DNA from: Hemiscyllium ocellatum
Taxonomy: Eukaryota
Direction of reading: 5' to 3'
Length of the DNA: 64,000 nucleotides
Assembly (NCBI RefSeq): GCF_020745735.1
Contig: NC_083439.1
Coordinates: forward strand, 30,580,596 to 30,644,595
Under the pieces are notes generated by a model. It made no database searches. It was not told where the DNA came from and worked only from the letters and a program-made list of their open reading frames with translations. Of this stretch, positions 39,238 to 52,327 are shown piece after piece. Numbering within the stretch: position 1 is the stretch's first letter; each line of letters opens with the position of its first letter. A program made the position numbers and the translations under genes.

Positions 39238-41225
39238 TACTGCCCTCAGTATGGACCGTGAGGATCAGTGAGGAGAGACATGATGGGCCAGTGTTTGGAA
39301 TGGGATGATGTATAGGCAACAGAACCTTGGAGGAGCTGAAGTTTATGGAAGTTGGAACGTAAGGAGGTCAACCTGGAGAGCAGTTTAGCAACTAAACCTA
39401 ATGGAGGTGCAAGTGAAACCTGGGCAGAGGCTGGGGTTATGTTCCACAGGTAGGACTGGCCGGTTCATGGAGACAACATGGGGTCAGATATTCAGCTTGT
39501 GATTAAATAAGGCATTGAAGCTGGAAATAGTCTGACTCCTCCGAGACAGAGGGCACAATTCAATGCCAGCCAGGTGTGAAGGTGGTGCAGGGTATTTAAG
39601 TGGGTGGGAGAATGCTGCATGGGGTTGCCACCATTTTCTTCCAACTTCTCTGATGAAATCCAGGCTGGGAAGTCCAGTGGATGGTCCGCCCACCTCATTA
39701 CTAATTAATGCCCACAGCCTCATCCTACTGTCACTGGTACTCAAACCGCCAGGGGTGTGAGGGCAGATGAGGGCAAGGTTGGATCCTCATTCCCTGAAAA
39801 TACACGTGGTGTTAAGAACAGAAATCATGGTTAGCAAGGATCTGGCTATGAGTGTACAAGGAGAACCAGAAATAGAAAGCTGTGATGCAGGAAAGAGAGA
39901 GGGCAAGGTGGATGGAGATGCTGTGCTTTTCCAGCACCACTAATCCACAAAATCAAGACTGACATCCCAACACTGTACTCTCAGCTAACATCACTAAAAG
40001 TAATAAATCTGCTGATCATTGCTGTGTGTGGAACCTTATTGGGCAAAGATGAATAGTTATACTTTGTACATCACAACAGTGAGTACAATCAAAAATACTT
40101 CACCCGCTGTAAAGCATTTTGAGACACCATGAGGTAGTGAGCAGTATATGAATGCAAACTCTTTATTACTCAGTCGTGGAGGTCAACATAACGTCCCTTG
40201 TGTTGGAATAATCAAGAAGCTTTTTGTGAGCTGTATACATGCCACAATATAGCCGGTAATCATTCAATCACATATCAGCTTCGTTGTAGTCAAACTGGTA
40301 AATCAGCAGTAGAAAAGGTAGAAGCAGAAAATGTTTTCATGACAGAAAGAAGCCACTCGACCCAATATGTCTGTGTTAACACACCCAGCTTTATCTGCTT
40401 TCCAGCAGATTTTGGTGGTAACTGACACTTCAGGTACAGATCCAGTTTGGTTTTGAAACACTTTGAGGGTTTCTCCTCCTAACACCCTTTTAGGGAGTGA
40501 GTTCCAGACCCCTACCACCTCTAACTGAAAAGTAATGCAGCTGATATGAGCAGAGAATTTCTTGTATCCATTCTACCGTCTTGTGTTTCTCTTGTCTACT
40601 TTTACTTGACAGTGCGAGACCATCAAGCTGAGGGATGTTCAAGCTTGAAATGGAATGCTGTAACTTCCATTCGGACAGCCAGTGTCAGTTGAACAATAGA
40701 GACAGGACTGCATATACATCTCCTCTACTCAAACACCACACCTCGGTCTTGTTTCAAAAGTCTTTGTATTTCCCACACCAACTTGAGTGGGAGTACCAGC
40801 TGCTTTTATTTAAAGCTGTTTCTGCTGAGCTTAATTTACTACATTAAGTATGTGCTTATATTTAATTAAAGTTTACAGAAATACTGAATCAGGACCTGTT
40901 TACACTGCAAATTCTTCTGTTTGGCTCATTATGGTTCAATGTGCAAAAGAAATAAAACAAAGTATTAATTAGAATACAAATGATATAATGCAACTTGATC
41001 CAGAAAAAAAACACTTCTTTGTTAAGACCAGCCATATGCTAATAAATCAGATTTGGCTTTTTCTCAAGAGTCAACTGACAAATTTGAGTTTTTTTTTTAC
41101 AGTGGGAACACAAATGGGGATAGGCCACTCAGCATCTTGAAGAAGAAAGTCAGGACTGAAGATCAGAGTCAAGAGTGCGATGCAGGAAAAGCACAGCAGG
41201 TCAGACCGCATCCGAGGAGCAGGAG

Positions 41226-41261
41226 AATCAATGTTTCGGGCAAAAGCCCTTCATCAGGAAT
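41226..41261 (-). ncRNA. Hammerhead motif in a family-A pLTR fragment (41143-41264)
   Basis: AUUC-CUGAUGA-A-GGGC-UUUU-GCCC-GAAAC-AUU-GAUU. Confidence 0.65.
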
Positions 41262-41484
41262 GAGACTTGATTCAGGACCTTGGACCTACTCAGCCATTCC
41301 ATTAGATCACAGCTGATCAGCATCTCAGCTCCATTTTACTTGCCTTATCTCCATATCCATCCATTAAAAGTCGATTCAGAAGCTTACTGTTGATATTCTA
41401 CTGATTTCAGTCACCAATTATTTTCCAGCATCCGTTAGTTCAAGAGAATTCAAGACATATCCAAGATGGCAGAAAGCAAAAGGT

Positions 41485-42740
41485 GACAGTTCAGGGGTGT
41501 TTTTCCAACTGAAAGTCTGTACTCAATGGGGTTGCACAGGAGTCAGTATTGGGGTCCTTGATGTTTATATGAATGATCTAGACTTGAATGTAGGAGGGTT
41601 GATCAGTAAGTTCGCACATGATACCAAAATTTGGCTTTAGACTACTGGAGGTTATGGATGGGCTGATCAGTTGAAAATGGAACTCAATCTGGGTAAATAT
41701 GAGGTAATATACTTGGGCAGGACAAGGCAAGGGAATACATGATGAATGGCAGGGCCCCAGGAATTACCAAGGATCAGAGGGACGCCGGTGTGCATGTCCA
41801 CCAGTGCCTTATGTATCAGGACAAGAATTTAAAGTGATTTAGAAAGTCTATGAAATATCTGCTTTTATTAGGCAAGGCATAAAGTTTAAGAGAAGGGAGG
41901 TGATGCTGGAACTGTATAAAATGTTGGTTAGGTCACAGTTAGCATATTGTGCACAATTCTGGAATCCACATAAGAGGAGGGATGTGATTGTATTCAGAGG
42001 AGATTTACCAGGATGTTACCGAGACTGAAGAGTTTCAATTATGAAGAGAGATTGGACATACTGGGGTGTTTCGTTAGAACAGAGGAGATTGAAAGGGGAC
42101 ATGATTGAGATGTATAAAATTATGAAGGGCATACACAAGGTAGACAGGAAATGGAAGGTTCAATGACTTGGCAGCAGAGACTTAAGGTAAAGGACAGAAA
42201 GTTTAGTGGGGAAATAACAAAATGATTTTTCATCCAGAGGGTGGTGGGAATCTGGAGGTCACCGCCTGAAATAGTGTTAGAGGCAGAGACCCTCAGAACA
42301 TTGAAGTAGCATTAGATATGCACTACTTACAAGAAATTAGGGGTTTAGATAGGGTTGACAGTGAGAACCTTTTTCCACTAATGGAGTCAGCTGTTACTAG
42401 GGGACACAGCTTTAAATTAAGGGGTGGTAGGTATAGGACAGATGTTAGGGGTAGATTCTTTACTCAGCGGGTTGTGAGTTCATGGAATGCCCTGCCAGTA
42501 GCAGTGGTGGACTCTCCCTCTTTATGGTCATTTAAGCGGGCATTGGATAAGCATATGGAGGTTATTGGGCTAGTGTAGGTTAGGTAGGTTTTGGTCGGCA
42601 CAACATCGAGGGCCGAAGGGCCTGTACTGCGCTGTATTTTTCTACGTTCTATGTTCTAAGACTATGGACTAAGTGTTGGAAAACGTGATTAGAATGTTTA
42701 GGTACTTGTTTTTGACTGGTATGGATGCAATGGACTGAAG
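41485..42740 (+). mobile_element. Old CR1 LINE fragment with a nested younger CR1 3' end (42332-42657)
   Basis: Degenerate GVAQESVLG / KFAHDTKI / RRLKGDMIEMYKIM remnants. Confidence 0.85.
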
Positions 42741-45700
42741 ATCCCTATGTCTCTATATGGCCACGGAGCTGGGAATGAGGTGTGTCTATCCGACTAATGG
42801 TCGAGCCAGTAATTACACCATAAATGGGAAAACTTGATGTACCAATTTGCAAAACAGGGGCTCCCATTTTCTGAACACATGTACTTGCAAATGCAGTCAC
42901 ATGCAGGTGTGTAACTTTAAAGATCTGACATATGAATGTTTCCTGTGCTTATGTACAGCTACTGTATGTTGCTTTGCATGGTGTTTTGAGTTGTGCGCAA
43001 ACTGACCTGCTATTGGACTCCAGAATGGAGCCCATTCACAAACCAGGACCTGCCTGCAGTACACACTTCCAGACAGATTGAAAGGAAAACATGAACAAAA
43101 ATTGAGAGAACAGGACATACGCTTGTGAGCATTAGAAGGTAAGTATCCCTCAAAGGTTCTTAAAAACACATTGCTTTATTCGGAGTAAATTTTATATTAA
43201 CTATCCTTGATCCTAAATAGTGATGTTAGAATTGAAATGAATATATTGGCCATTGTAGCAACACACATTGTTTCATTTGGTTAAGTCAAACAAGAGCAAA
43301 TCATTTTGCTGTTCTATTTTAGCAATTCAAACAGTTGCTTTAGCAGGGGGCTGTTTAAAATATGCCCCAGATCTGTTTGTGGATGACAATAATTTATTAA
43401 TCATACTTTAAAAAGCAGTGAAATGCTCCCTCTCCCATCTGTGGTATCCAAATATCTGTGACAGAAAATCATGGAAAGAAGGTACTTAAAACATCATTAA
43501 TGTACTGGATAATGTTTTGATGATCTAAACTTTACACAAAACCTTTAATCATAAGTGATCCCATGTGGGTTGCTGTACATCATTCACAACATATCTGGAC
43601 AAGAGCTCCAAAGCTTTCATTCCCCTTCAATGATCATTAATCACTTTGAAGTTTTACGTACATAATGAGCAACCTCTCCCACTGTCCCAATCTGTGAGCA
43701 GGAAGCCCAGAAGCTCCTTTGCTGATTTATGTTGAAATCTGTAGATGAATTTTATACTCTTGATTATCGGAAACATATCTCAAATGGCAAAGTAAACAAT
43801 ACTGCCCTAAACTGGCCCTGACCTGCCTTATCCATTGATCCAAATTACATACCTGAGCTTTGTGCAGTGTTTTTTCAATGACTAATAACTTCGGTAAAAA
43901 GGAGGATTAGATCAGGACTTGTTGTGAGAACTGGCTTACATTTAGCTAGGAGACAAAATGGAATTCTGCAATGCTTCCTCAATTTTGAAACTTTTCCTTA
44001 TTTGGGCAAAACTGGATTGAGTTGTTTCTTCCTTACTACTGATATGGAATGCTTATGTTTTGAACTGGGATACCTCAGTTCAAATTGCTATTATGGTGGC
44101 TGTGTCATTAAATTCTATCAATTAAATCAATCTGGAATAAAAGCTATTATCAATAATGGGTCACATAGGCTACCATAAGGGGCAATGTTTTCACGCAGAA
44201 GGTGGTGGTGGGTGTAAGGAATGAGCTGCCAGAGGAAGTGGTGGATGCTGGTATAATAACATTTAAAAGGCAGCTGGATGGGTACAGGATGGGTTTAGAA
44301 GGATATGGGCCAAATGCTGGCAAATGGGACTAGATTAATTTAGGATACCTGGTCCACATGGATGAGTTGGACTGAAGGGTCCGTTTCTGTGTTGTATGAT
44401 TCTATGACTTTACCAGATTGTTCTAAAAATCCATCTGATTCACTAACATTCTTCATAGTAAAAACAATCTGCCATCCTTGCTCAGTCAGGCTGCAGATCA
44501 ACAACAATGTGGTTGACTTTTACGTGCCCTATGAAATAGTTGAGTAATTCTCTCAGTTGTATCCAAGGAGATGTGCAGCATCAGGAGAAGGTTATTGGCC
44601 CTTCCAGCCTGCTTTGCCAGTTAATAAGATCACAGCCGATCTGATGATGGTCTCATTTTTCTACCCCTCCTGCGTTTGACTCCCTTGTTATTCAATAATC
44701 TCTGGCACAGCAGCATTCAATCAACCCACTTCCCACTCCAAGGGCTTCAAAGACTCACGAGAGAAGAAAAAGTCTTCTTACACTCCATCTTAAACAGGAG
44801 ATGCCTTATTTTTAAACTGTGTCTCCTAGTTCCAATCTCTCCCTCCTTTGCTGTCAAGGCCCCTTCAGTATCTTGCATGTTCAAATAGACCCCTCACTCT
44901 TAAACTATATTTGAAATAGGGATGGGCTATCCCTGGGGAGCACAGAGTGGGGCTTCTTAGCCTTAGACTGATTTACTTCCTGAGACAGGCTTTCACAATC
45001 CAGGACAATGTTCAGCCCCACAATGACATCAGGACCAACACTTGGATGAAGAGCTCAGGGATACCACGGTTTCCAAGGTTACAGTTCTCACTGGGAAAGG
45101 GCTTTTGAAGCTGACAGACATCAGTTGGTTCTACTTTTTCAAGGTTGTGACTTTGACTAAATGTTACTATTTTAGCATTTTTGTTTTAAACAAAATCTAG
45201 TTACACATTGAACAAGACCCCATGTTTATGAATCGGTCAGTAATTCCTCAGATTCAAGGATAAAATGCTTCCATTCTGGTTCATTGTGTTCTAACTGCTC
45301 CAATACATGATCTGCGAACTCTGTTGTACAGAGGGACAGCTGATATTTGAAGTATAAGGTAGAGGAGTTTCCTGGGCAGCTCAATTTCTTCTGCTACTGA
45401 ACCTGGTGAAAGTATCTCCAGTAAAAGTACTGGCAGTCAATGGAGGACCTCAACACACCCAGTGCCTTCCTGCGTGGTCTTTCTCCATTTTGAACAGTCA
45501 CTGGCCAAGGATTCCAATGAGTCACTGAATGACAGGAACCGTACCTAAAACGTTTCCGATGCCCTGCTGGGGGTTCATTGCCACGACCAAGTTCAGAGGG
45601 GACCAGTTGTGTTGGTAGCTCAGGGTGAGGGGTGAGGTGACTCTCCCAGCAAAGCTGACTTTGCCTCATTAGACCCTCAATGCTGGGAATGCAGGCTTGG

Positions 45701-46611
45701 AAGAGGTTTGACCCCTCAACAAATGTGAAGCATTTTGGGGAGACAGATATTTCACCAGAGTCAAAAAGTGCCTTTTATAGGTTGATAAAGTCTCTGGAGC
45801 GTACAGGAACACAAGGATCCCTGCTACCAGATAAAACTTGACCAAAGAAATGAGTTTGAGGACCTGCTTCATGACAGCTTTTCCTCAGTTGACCTAAAGC
45901 TATACCGCAGCGTTACAAATGGTGGTGGCTTTCAAAGGCTTTCCTCGAAAGGCCTTTAACTAGGGCCTTGAATACACAAAATGTCCCATAGGTTTCTTAT
46001 CAGAGAGAAAAAACACCTTGACACCAAGCCACATGTAAGAGGAAATCAAGTTACACTTTCATTGAAGAAGTTAATCAGCCTTGACACCACAAAGCTCACG
46101 AACTAAATGTCCTCTTGAGGGATAATTATTAAGTGTGTGTTCTATTCTGATTGCCATCTAATTAAATTCCAGCCTCATTCTGGAAATGAATCATTATTAT
46201 GCCACAGAATGACTCATCTGACGTCAAACAAGTTCCTGTGAGTGGCTGTGGTACTTATTTACCCTCGGACAGGCTTCCTGCTTCAAGTTGCTTTTAAGTA
46301 TCATAACCTGGTAATGTCTCTGATGAAATTTTCCATAAAATAGACCAAGGATTTTCAGTCCTTCAATGCCTAGTTCTTTCTGCAACTTTCTTCTGTTTGC
46401 AAAATAGGTCTGCTCCCCAGGAGGAGAAAACAAGTGGGAAAGCAAACTATTTTTAAAACAAAATAATAAAGTCAAAATGAAGGCTATTTAGGTTAGAGTA
46501 GGATTTTAACATATAAGACCATTAAAATTCAAATCTTAGGAGAACCAAGAAAACAAGGGAAAACAAAGGTAAAGGGGGAAGGAGGGAGAACTCGCATTTA
46601 TATAGACCATT

Positions 46612-48415
46612 TATAGAGTCATAGGGTCATAGAGATGTACAGCATGGAAACAGACCCTTCAGTCCAACCCATCCATGCCAACCAGATATCCCAACACAAT
46701 CTAGTCCCACCTTCCAGCACCCGGCCCATATCCCTCCAAACCCTTCCTATTCATATACCCATCCAAATGCCTCTTAAGTGTTGCAATTGTACCAGTCTTC
46801 ACCACATCCTCTAAGCAGCTCATTCCATACCCGTACCACCCTCTGCGTGAAAAAGTTGCCCCGTAGGTCTCTTTTATATCTTTCCCCTCTCACCCTAAAC
46901 CTATGCCCTCTAGTTCTGGACTCCCCGATCCTAGGGAAAAGACTTTGCCTATTTACCCTATCCATACCCCTCATAATTTTGTAAACCTCTATAAGGTCAC
47001 CCCTCAGCCTCCGACGCTCCAGGGAAACCAGCCCCAGCCTGTTCAGCCTCTCCCTGTAGCTCAGATCCTCCAACCCTGGCAACATCCTTGTAAATCTTGT
47101 CTGAACCCTTTCAAGTTTCACAACATCTTTCCGATAGGAAGGAGACCAGAATTGCACACGATATTCCAACAGTGGCCTAACCAATATCCTGTACAGCTAC
47201 AACATGATCTCCCAATTCCTGTACAATACTCTGACCAATAAAGGAAAGCATACCAAACGCCTTCTTCACTATCCTAACTACCTGCGACTCCACTTTCAAG
47301 GAGCTATGAACCTGTACTCCAAGGTCCCTTTGTTCAGCAACACTCCCTAGGACCTTACCATTAAGTGTATAAGTCCTGCTAAGATTTGCTTTCCCAAAAT
47401 GCAGCAACTCCACCTGCCACTTCTCAGCCCATTGGCCCATCTGGTCCAGATCCTGTTGTAATCTGAGGTAACCCTCTTCGCTGTCCACTACACCTCCAAT
47501 TTTGGTGTCATCTGCAAACTTAATAGCTCTACCTCTTATGCTCGCATCCAAATCACTGTACAAAGTGATTAGGGGGTTAGATAGTGTTGAGCATGAGAAC
47601 CTTTTTCCACGTATGGAGTCAGCTATTACGAGGGGGCATAGCTTTAAATTAAGGGGTGGTAGGTATAGGACAGATGTTAGGGGTAGATTCTTTACTCAGT
47701 GAGCCGTGAGTTCATGGAATGACCTGCCAGTAGCAGTAATGGACTCTCCCTCTTTATGGGCATTTAAACGGACATTGGATAGGTATATGGAGGATAGTGG
47801 GCTGGTGTAGGTTCGGCGGGTTTGGATCGGTGCAACATCGAGGGCTAAAGGGCCTGTACTGTGCTGTATTGTTCTATGTTAATGACAAAAAGCAGAGTGC
47901 CCAGCAGCGATCCTTGTGGCACTCCACTGGTCACAGGCCTCCAGTCTGAAAAACAACCCTCCACCACCACCCTCTGTCTTATATCTTTGAGCCAGTTCTG
48001 TATCCAAATGGCTAATTCTCCCTGTATTGCATGAGATCTAACCTTGCTAATCAGTCTCCCAGGGGGAACCTTGTTGAACGCCTTACTGAAGTCCATGTAG
48101 ATCACATCTACTGCTCTGCCCTCATCAACCTTCTTTGTTCTTTCTTCAAAAAACTCAATCAAGTTTGTGAGACATGATTTCCTACGCACAAAGCCATGTT
48201 GACTATCCCGGATCAGTCCTTGCCTTTCCAAGTACATGTTCATCCTGTCCCTCAGGATTCCCTCCAACAACTTGCCCACCACCGAGGTCAGGCTCACCAG
48301 TCTATAGTTCCCTGGCTTGGCTTTACTGCCCTTCTTAAACAGTGGCACCACTTTTGCCAACCTCCAGTCTTCCAGCACCTCACCTGTGACTATCGATGAT
48401 ACAAATATCTCAGCA
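46612..48415 (-). mobile_element. CR1-clade LINE, 5'-truncated, degenerate ORF2 reverse transcriptase
   Basis: PGNYRLVSLTSVVGKLLE, QHGF, VDVIYMDFSKAF, SGVPQGSLLG, KFADDTK, RPLLEY.VQFWSP, RRLRGDLIEVYKI. Frameshifted. Confidence 0.95.
47561..47880 (+). mobile_element. Young CR1 3' fragment nested antisense in the CR1 above
   Basis: Near-identical to 42332-42657 (TRGHSFKLRGGRYRTDVRGRFFTQR). Confidence 0.88.
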
Positions 48416-48923
48416 ATTTCATCTCCTCCAGTTTTTCCAAGGGGCTTCTCTGAACTGTAGTCACTGAGAAACATGGCTGTCAGTTTACCCACAACAAGTA
48501 ATTTGGCAATGAGTGGGTAGTGTTTTTTTTGGTGCTAGGGGAGGGGTTCTTTTTGTTCCAGGGCAGCAGGCAAACTCCTCTACTCTTCTTTAAATCGCGC
48601 TATGGGAACTTTCATGCTCAGACAGGCATGAGTTTGTGGTTATTGTAGGGTTTTGCTGCTGGGAACATGCTTGGGCAATCAGATGTGCAATTTCCACAAT
48701 CTTGCACCCATTAACATCAACAGATTTTTTTAAAAGGTCATGTAATTAGGTTGTGCAACTTAGATGAAATAATCTAAGTTGGATGTGTTCATAGGATCAT
48801 AGAATCCCTACAGTGTGGAAACAGGCCATTAGGCCCAACAAGTCCACACCAACCCTCTGAAGAGTAACCCACCCAGACCCATTCCCCTACTCCATTACTC
48901 TACATTTACCCCTGACTAACGCA

Positions 48924-49098
48924 GAGCTGAAAATGTGTTGCTGGAAAAGCGCAACAGGTCAAGCAGCATCCAAGGAACAGGAAATTCGACGTTTCGGGCA
49001 TAATTCCTTCATATTCCTTGGATGTTGACTGACCTGCTGCGCTTTTCCAGCAACACATTTTCAGCTCTGATCTCCAGCATCTGCAGGCCTCACTTTCT
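48924..49098. mobile_element. Palindromic Penelope pLTR insertion nested in a V-SINE
   Basis: Inverted arms. TSD ccctgactaa(c/a)gca at 48910-48923 and 49099-49112. Confidence 0.8.
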
Positions 49099-49224
49099 CC
49101 CTGACTAAAGCACCCTAACCGACACATCCCTGAACACTTTGGGCAATTTAGCATGGCCAATTCACCTAACCTAAGTTTTATTGTAGTGATTTGTCATAGG
49201 AATCTGTTCTTTAAAAATAGTTTG

Positions 49225-50932
49225 GAGATCCAAGATGGCGGCGACTCAGCAAGTCTGAGTTTACAGTGCTCTTCCCAAAACCTGGGTAAAGTGAGTTACT
49301 CACCCCCACCACACTTACCAAACCACCCAAAAAAATTTTCTAACCTTAATTAGCTGTTTACTATTATATTTAAGCAGTTTAATATTAAGTGGATAATGAG
49401 TAAACCAAAGGGATCCCGCAGCTCTCAGAAAACAAAGACCCCTCCCCCACCCTCCTCTCCTCCTCCGGCTGCAGCTGATGTAAAAACAGGCCTTGTAGAG
49501 ATGATTGCCAGGCTGGAAACGACACTCGTCAATTTCATCACAGAATCCAGACAGAGATGGAATGCATTCGAAGAAAAGTTACAAAAGTACAGCCAGGCTC
49601 TCGAGGAATTACAGGGCCGAGTGGTGGGGGCGGAGCTAAAGGCCACGACCTCCGAGGCTGCAGCACAAACAGCTGCAGAACAGGTGCCAGCTCTGGAGCA
49701 GAGAGTCCGGGCCTTTGAAATCTACATGGATGACCTGGATAATAGAAATCGGAGAAAGAATATCCGTCTTCTGGGCCTCCCTGAACAAGAAGAGAAGGGA
49801 CAGTTAGCAGTATTTCTGGAGCGATGGTTGCCCCAGCTTTTAAACCTGGGGGCTGAAACTGACCGGGTAAGGGTGGAGTGGGCCTACCGGGTCGCAGTAC
49901 GCGGATCTGGCCCAAACCAGCGCCCACGCCCGGTCCTGTTCCGGATGCAGAGTTATAGGGAGAGGCAGATACTCCTGGATGCCTCCAGAAATCTTGGAAA
50001 GGATCCTAAAGCTATGATTCATGAAGGATCCAAGATTATGTTATTTCAGGACTTCTCCCCGGCTTTGGCCCGAAGGAGGAAGGCGTTTGATGAGGTGAAG
50101 AAATGTCTAAGGAACTTAAATATTCAATACACCTTACGCTACCCAGCGACGTTATGCTTTACCCACGAAGGATCCGAGTATAATTTTAGATCACCAGAAG
50201 AGGCTAAGGAACTTTTAGACTCGTTTAAATAAATCGTAAGAGACAATTTATGTTGGCTTGCCTCTTCCACACTCCGTGGGGAGAAATGGATACTTTACTC
50301 TACTTTACTTTTGCTTCTGGGAGCAGGGTTGTCTTCTCTTGCTATTTTATGTTATTATACTTAATTGTAATTTGTTGGAGTTGTAATTTTATAGTTATGT
50401 GTGTTTGTACGTGGCATTGATGCTATCAGATATACTCAGGTATGGGTGGGGAGGGGTGGGGGTGGGGCGCTCACTGTCAATTCTAGCTCGGTATTATATC
50501 TAAATCCTATTAAGGAGCGCCCGGGTCAAGGGTGGGACACTGTTTGGGAGAGGATATGGTGGACCTTTAGAAAGGAAGTAAGGCCCCCTGAGAACAAGGG
50601 GGAGGATCTCCATTCAAACATGTTTTATTTTTTTTTTGTTCTTATTGTTTGGAAATAGTTTCCTTTTTATTATACTGTTATGAGTGTATTAGAGAACATT
50701 TTCTCTTGTTTGAAGGATGTAAGTGACTCAACTATACACTCTGGATAATTGTGGATTAGATTAGTAGTTAACTGAGTTTCATTGTTTTTCTTTCTTCTTT
50801 AGTATCATTCCTTTGAATTTTGATGATTATATATTTAAGATCTATTTTTATATTAATGTTTGTGCTTGAAAGTTCTGTTTATTTTTGTAAATCTGTCAAA
50901 ATATTAAATTTCTAATAAAAATATCTTTAAAA
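49225..50932 (+). mobile_element. LINE-1-derived ORF1-only element (HAL1-like), apparently full length
   Basis: 5' end GGAGATCCAAGATGGCGGCG (YY1-type motif), intact ORF1, ~700-nt T-rich 3' region with no ORF2, AATAAA at ~50914 and an A-tail. TSD aaaaatagtttg at 49213-49224 and 50933-50944, at a TT/AAAA site. Confidence 0.85.
49396..50232 (+). CDS. LINE-1 ORF1p (coiled coil, RRM and CTD), 278 aa
   Basis: A heptad-rich region followed by DLDNRNRRKNIRLLGLPE, VEWAYRV, RPRPVLFR, FQDFSPALARRRKAF and LRYPATL, all characteristic L1 ORF1p motifs. No stop codons. Confidence 0.92.
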   Translation: MSKPKGSRSSQKTKTPPPPSSPPPAAADVKTGLVEMIARLETTLVNFITESRQRWNAFEEKLQKYSQALEELQGRVVGAELKATTSEAAAQTAAEQVPALEQRVRAFEIYMDDLDNRNRRKNIRLLGLPEQEEKGQLAVFLERWLPQLLNLGAETDRVRVEWAYRVAVRGSGPNQRPRPVLFRMQSYRERQILLDASRNLGKDPKAMIHEGSKIMLFQDFSPALARRRKAFDEVKKCLRNLNIQYTLRYPATLCFTHEGSEYNFRSPEEAKELLDSFK

Positions 50933-52327
50933 AAAAATAGTTTGACCTTTTACACTGACCAACACTGTAGAGTTTTTCCAAAGGAGATATTACAGTAATG
51001 GATATTACACTTTCCATTATACTGCGTGGAATCTGAGGAATGTACATAGTGCACACTGGGAGAGTGGCTTTAAAGGGAAACAGAGATGGCATAGTGTAAC
51101 ACTGGTCGTCTGAAGGGACATGGGCTGGCATCGTGGATGGGAAAGGAAGGAGAGGAGGAAGTTTTAGGAGCACTCAAGTAATGTTGAGACTAAGGGTACT
51201 GTTTTCGCATAGTCTACTCCTGTTCTTGATGTTGGTTAGACAGATGTCAGCTTGGTGCTAATGTTCAAGAGATGGTTCAGTACTTGCAGCTATAAAGTAC
51301 ACTTCAAGAGGTTTACAGTACAGAGTGGTATCTCTCCACTCTGAGATGGCTGTGCCATATGTATTTGCGATTGTCTTTTATGAAGATTCAGTTGAAACGA
51401 AAAGACAAATTCTATTTTTGCTCGGGGGAGGGTTTACTTGGAAGTTGTCAAAAACATGAAACATAACCATTAACAGTTCAGAATCTCCAGTCTTTGTTGG
51501 TCTGTGCCAATATTCAATTATCTGACAAAGGATCCACACTTGTGATGGAAATTCTTAGAAAGGCCTAACCAGCAAGTCTTGCCAACCAGATATTTAGGCA
51601 TTACTTCCTGTTGCTCTGTTTACGGAAATCCAGTACAATTTAGAAATGAAGCAAATCGATCTAAACTTCTCCTTTACACTGGAGAACAGAACTCCAGTTT
51701 ACACCAATATCTTCATTTCCAAATTTTACTGCGCTTTCCTTCTAAAGCCAATAAAATTGTACATTTGTAAAACCTAACAGAAACAGAAGACAGCACACAA
51801 GTTACACCTCATTACATCTTTACTGCCTTTTCTATGCATGGAAATCAAAATTTGAAGGCATCAAATGATCAGTTAGTACATTAAGCACAGTGTTTTTAAT
51901 TACGGAAACTTTTCATTATCTCTGAAGCCACAAAGAAAAACTAGCAATTCAGAGCAAGTTTCAGGTTTTTAAATTCATGTGTGGAATGTGAGCGTCACTG
52001 GCTGGGCCAGCATTTATTGCCCATCCGTAGCTGTCCCTTGAGAAGGTGGTGGTGAGCTGCCTTCTTGAACCGCTGCAGTCCATGTGCTGTAGGTTGATCC
52101 ACAGTGCCATTGGAGAGGGAACTCCAGGACTTTGACCCAGTGATAGTGAAGAAACTGCGATATATTTCCAGGGCAGGATGGCGAGGACATTCTTCTGAGA
52201 AATGTTATAAACCAGCAAAAATGCAACTGACAGTTCTGCTTCACTTAAAAATTTCAGTGTAAATTTTCAATGTGCTCAGAATTGCCATCAATGCAGGAAA
52301 CGTGAATCTTCTGATCTTCCGCCCAGT

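Noticed and set aside
43000-43146. Strong plus-strand splice donor AAG|GTAAGT suggesting an antisense exon
   Set aside because: An isolated motif is expected by chance in 64 kb; there is no recognisable coding frame or partner exon.
46224-46475. Candidate semaphorin first exon (contains PRV)
   Set aside because: No hydrophobic signal peptide, and no convincing phase-1 donor after the motif.
46774-48492. Functional reverse transcriptase gene
   Set aside because: 5'-truncated, frameshifted and interrupted by a nested insertion.
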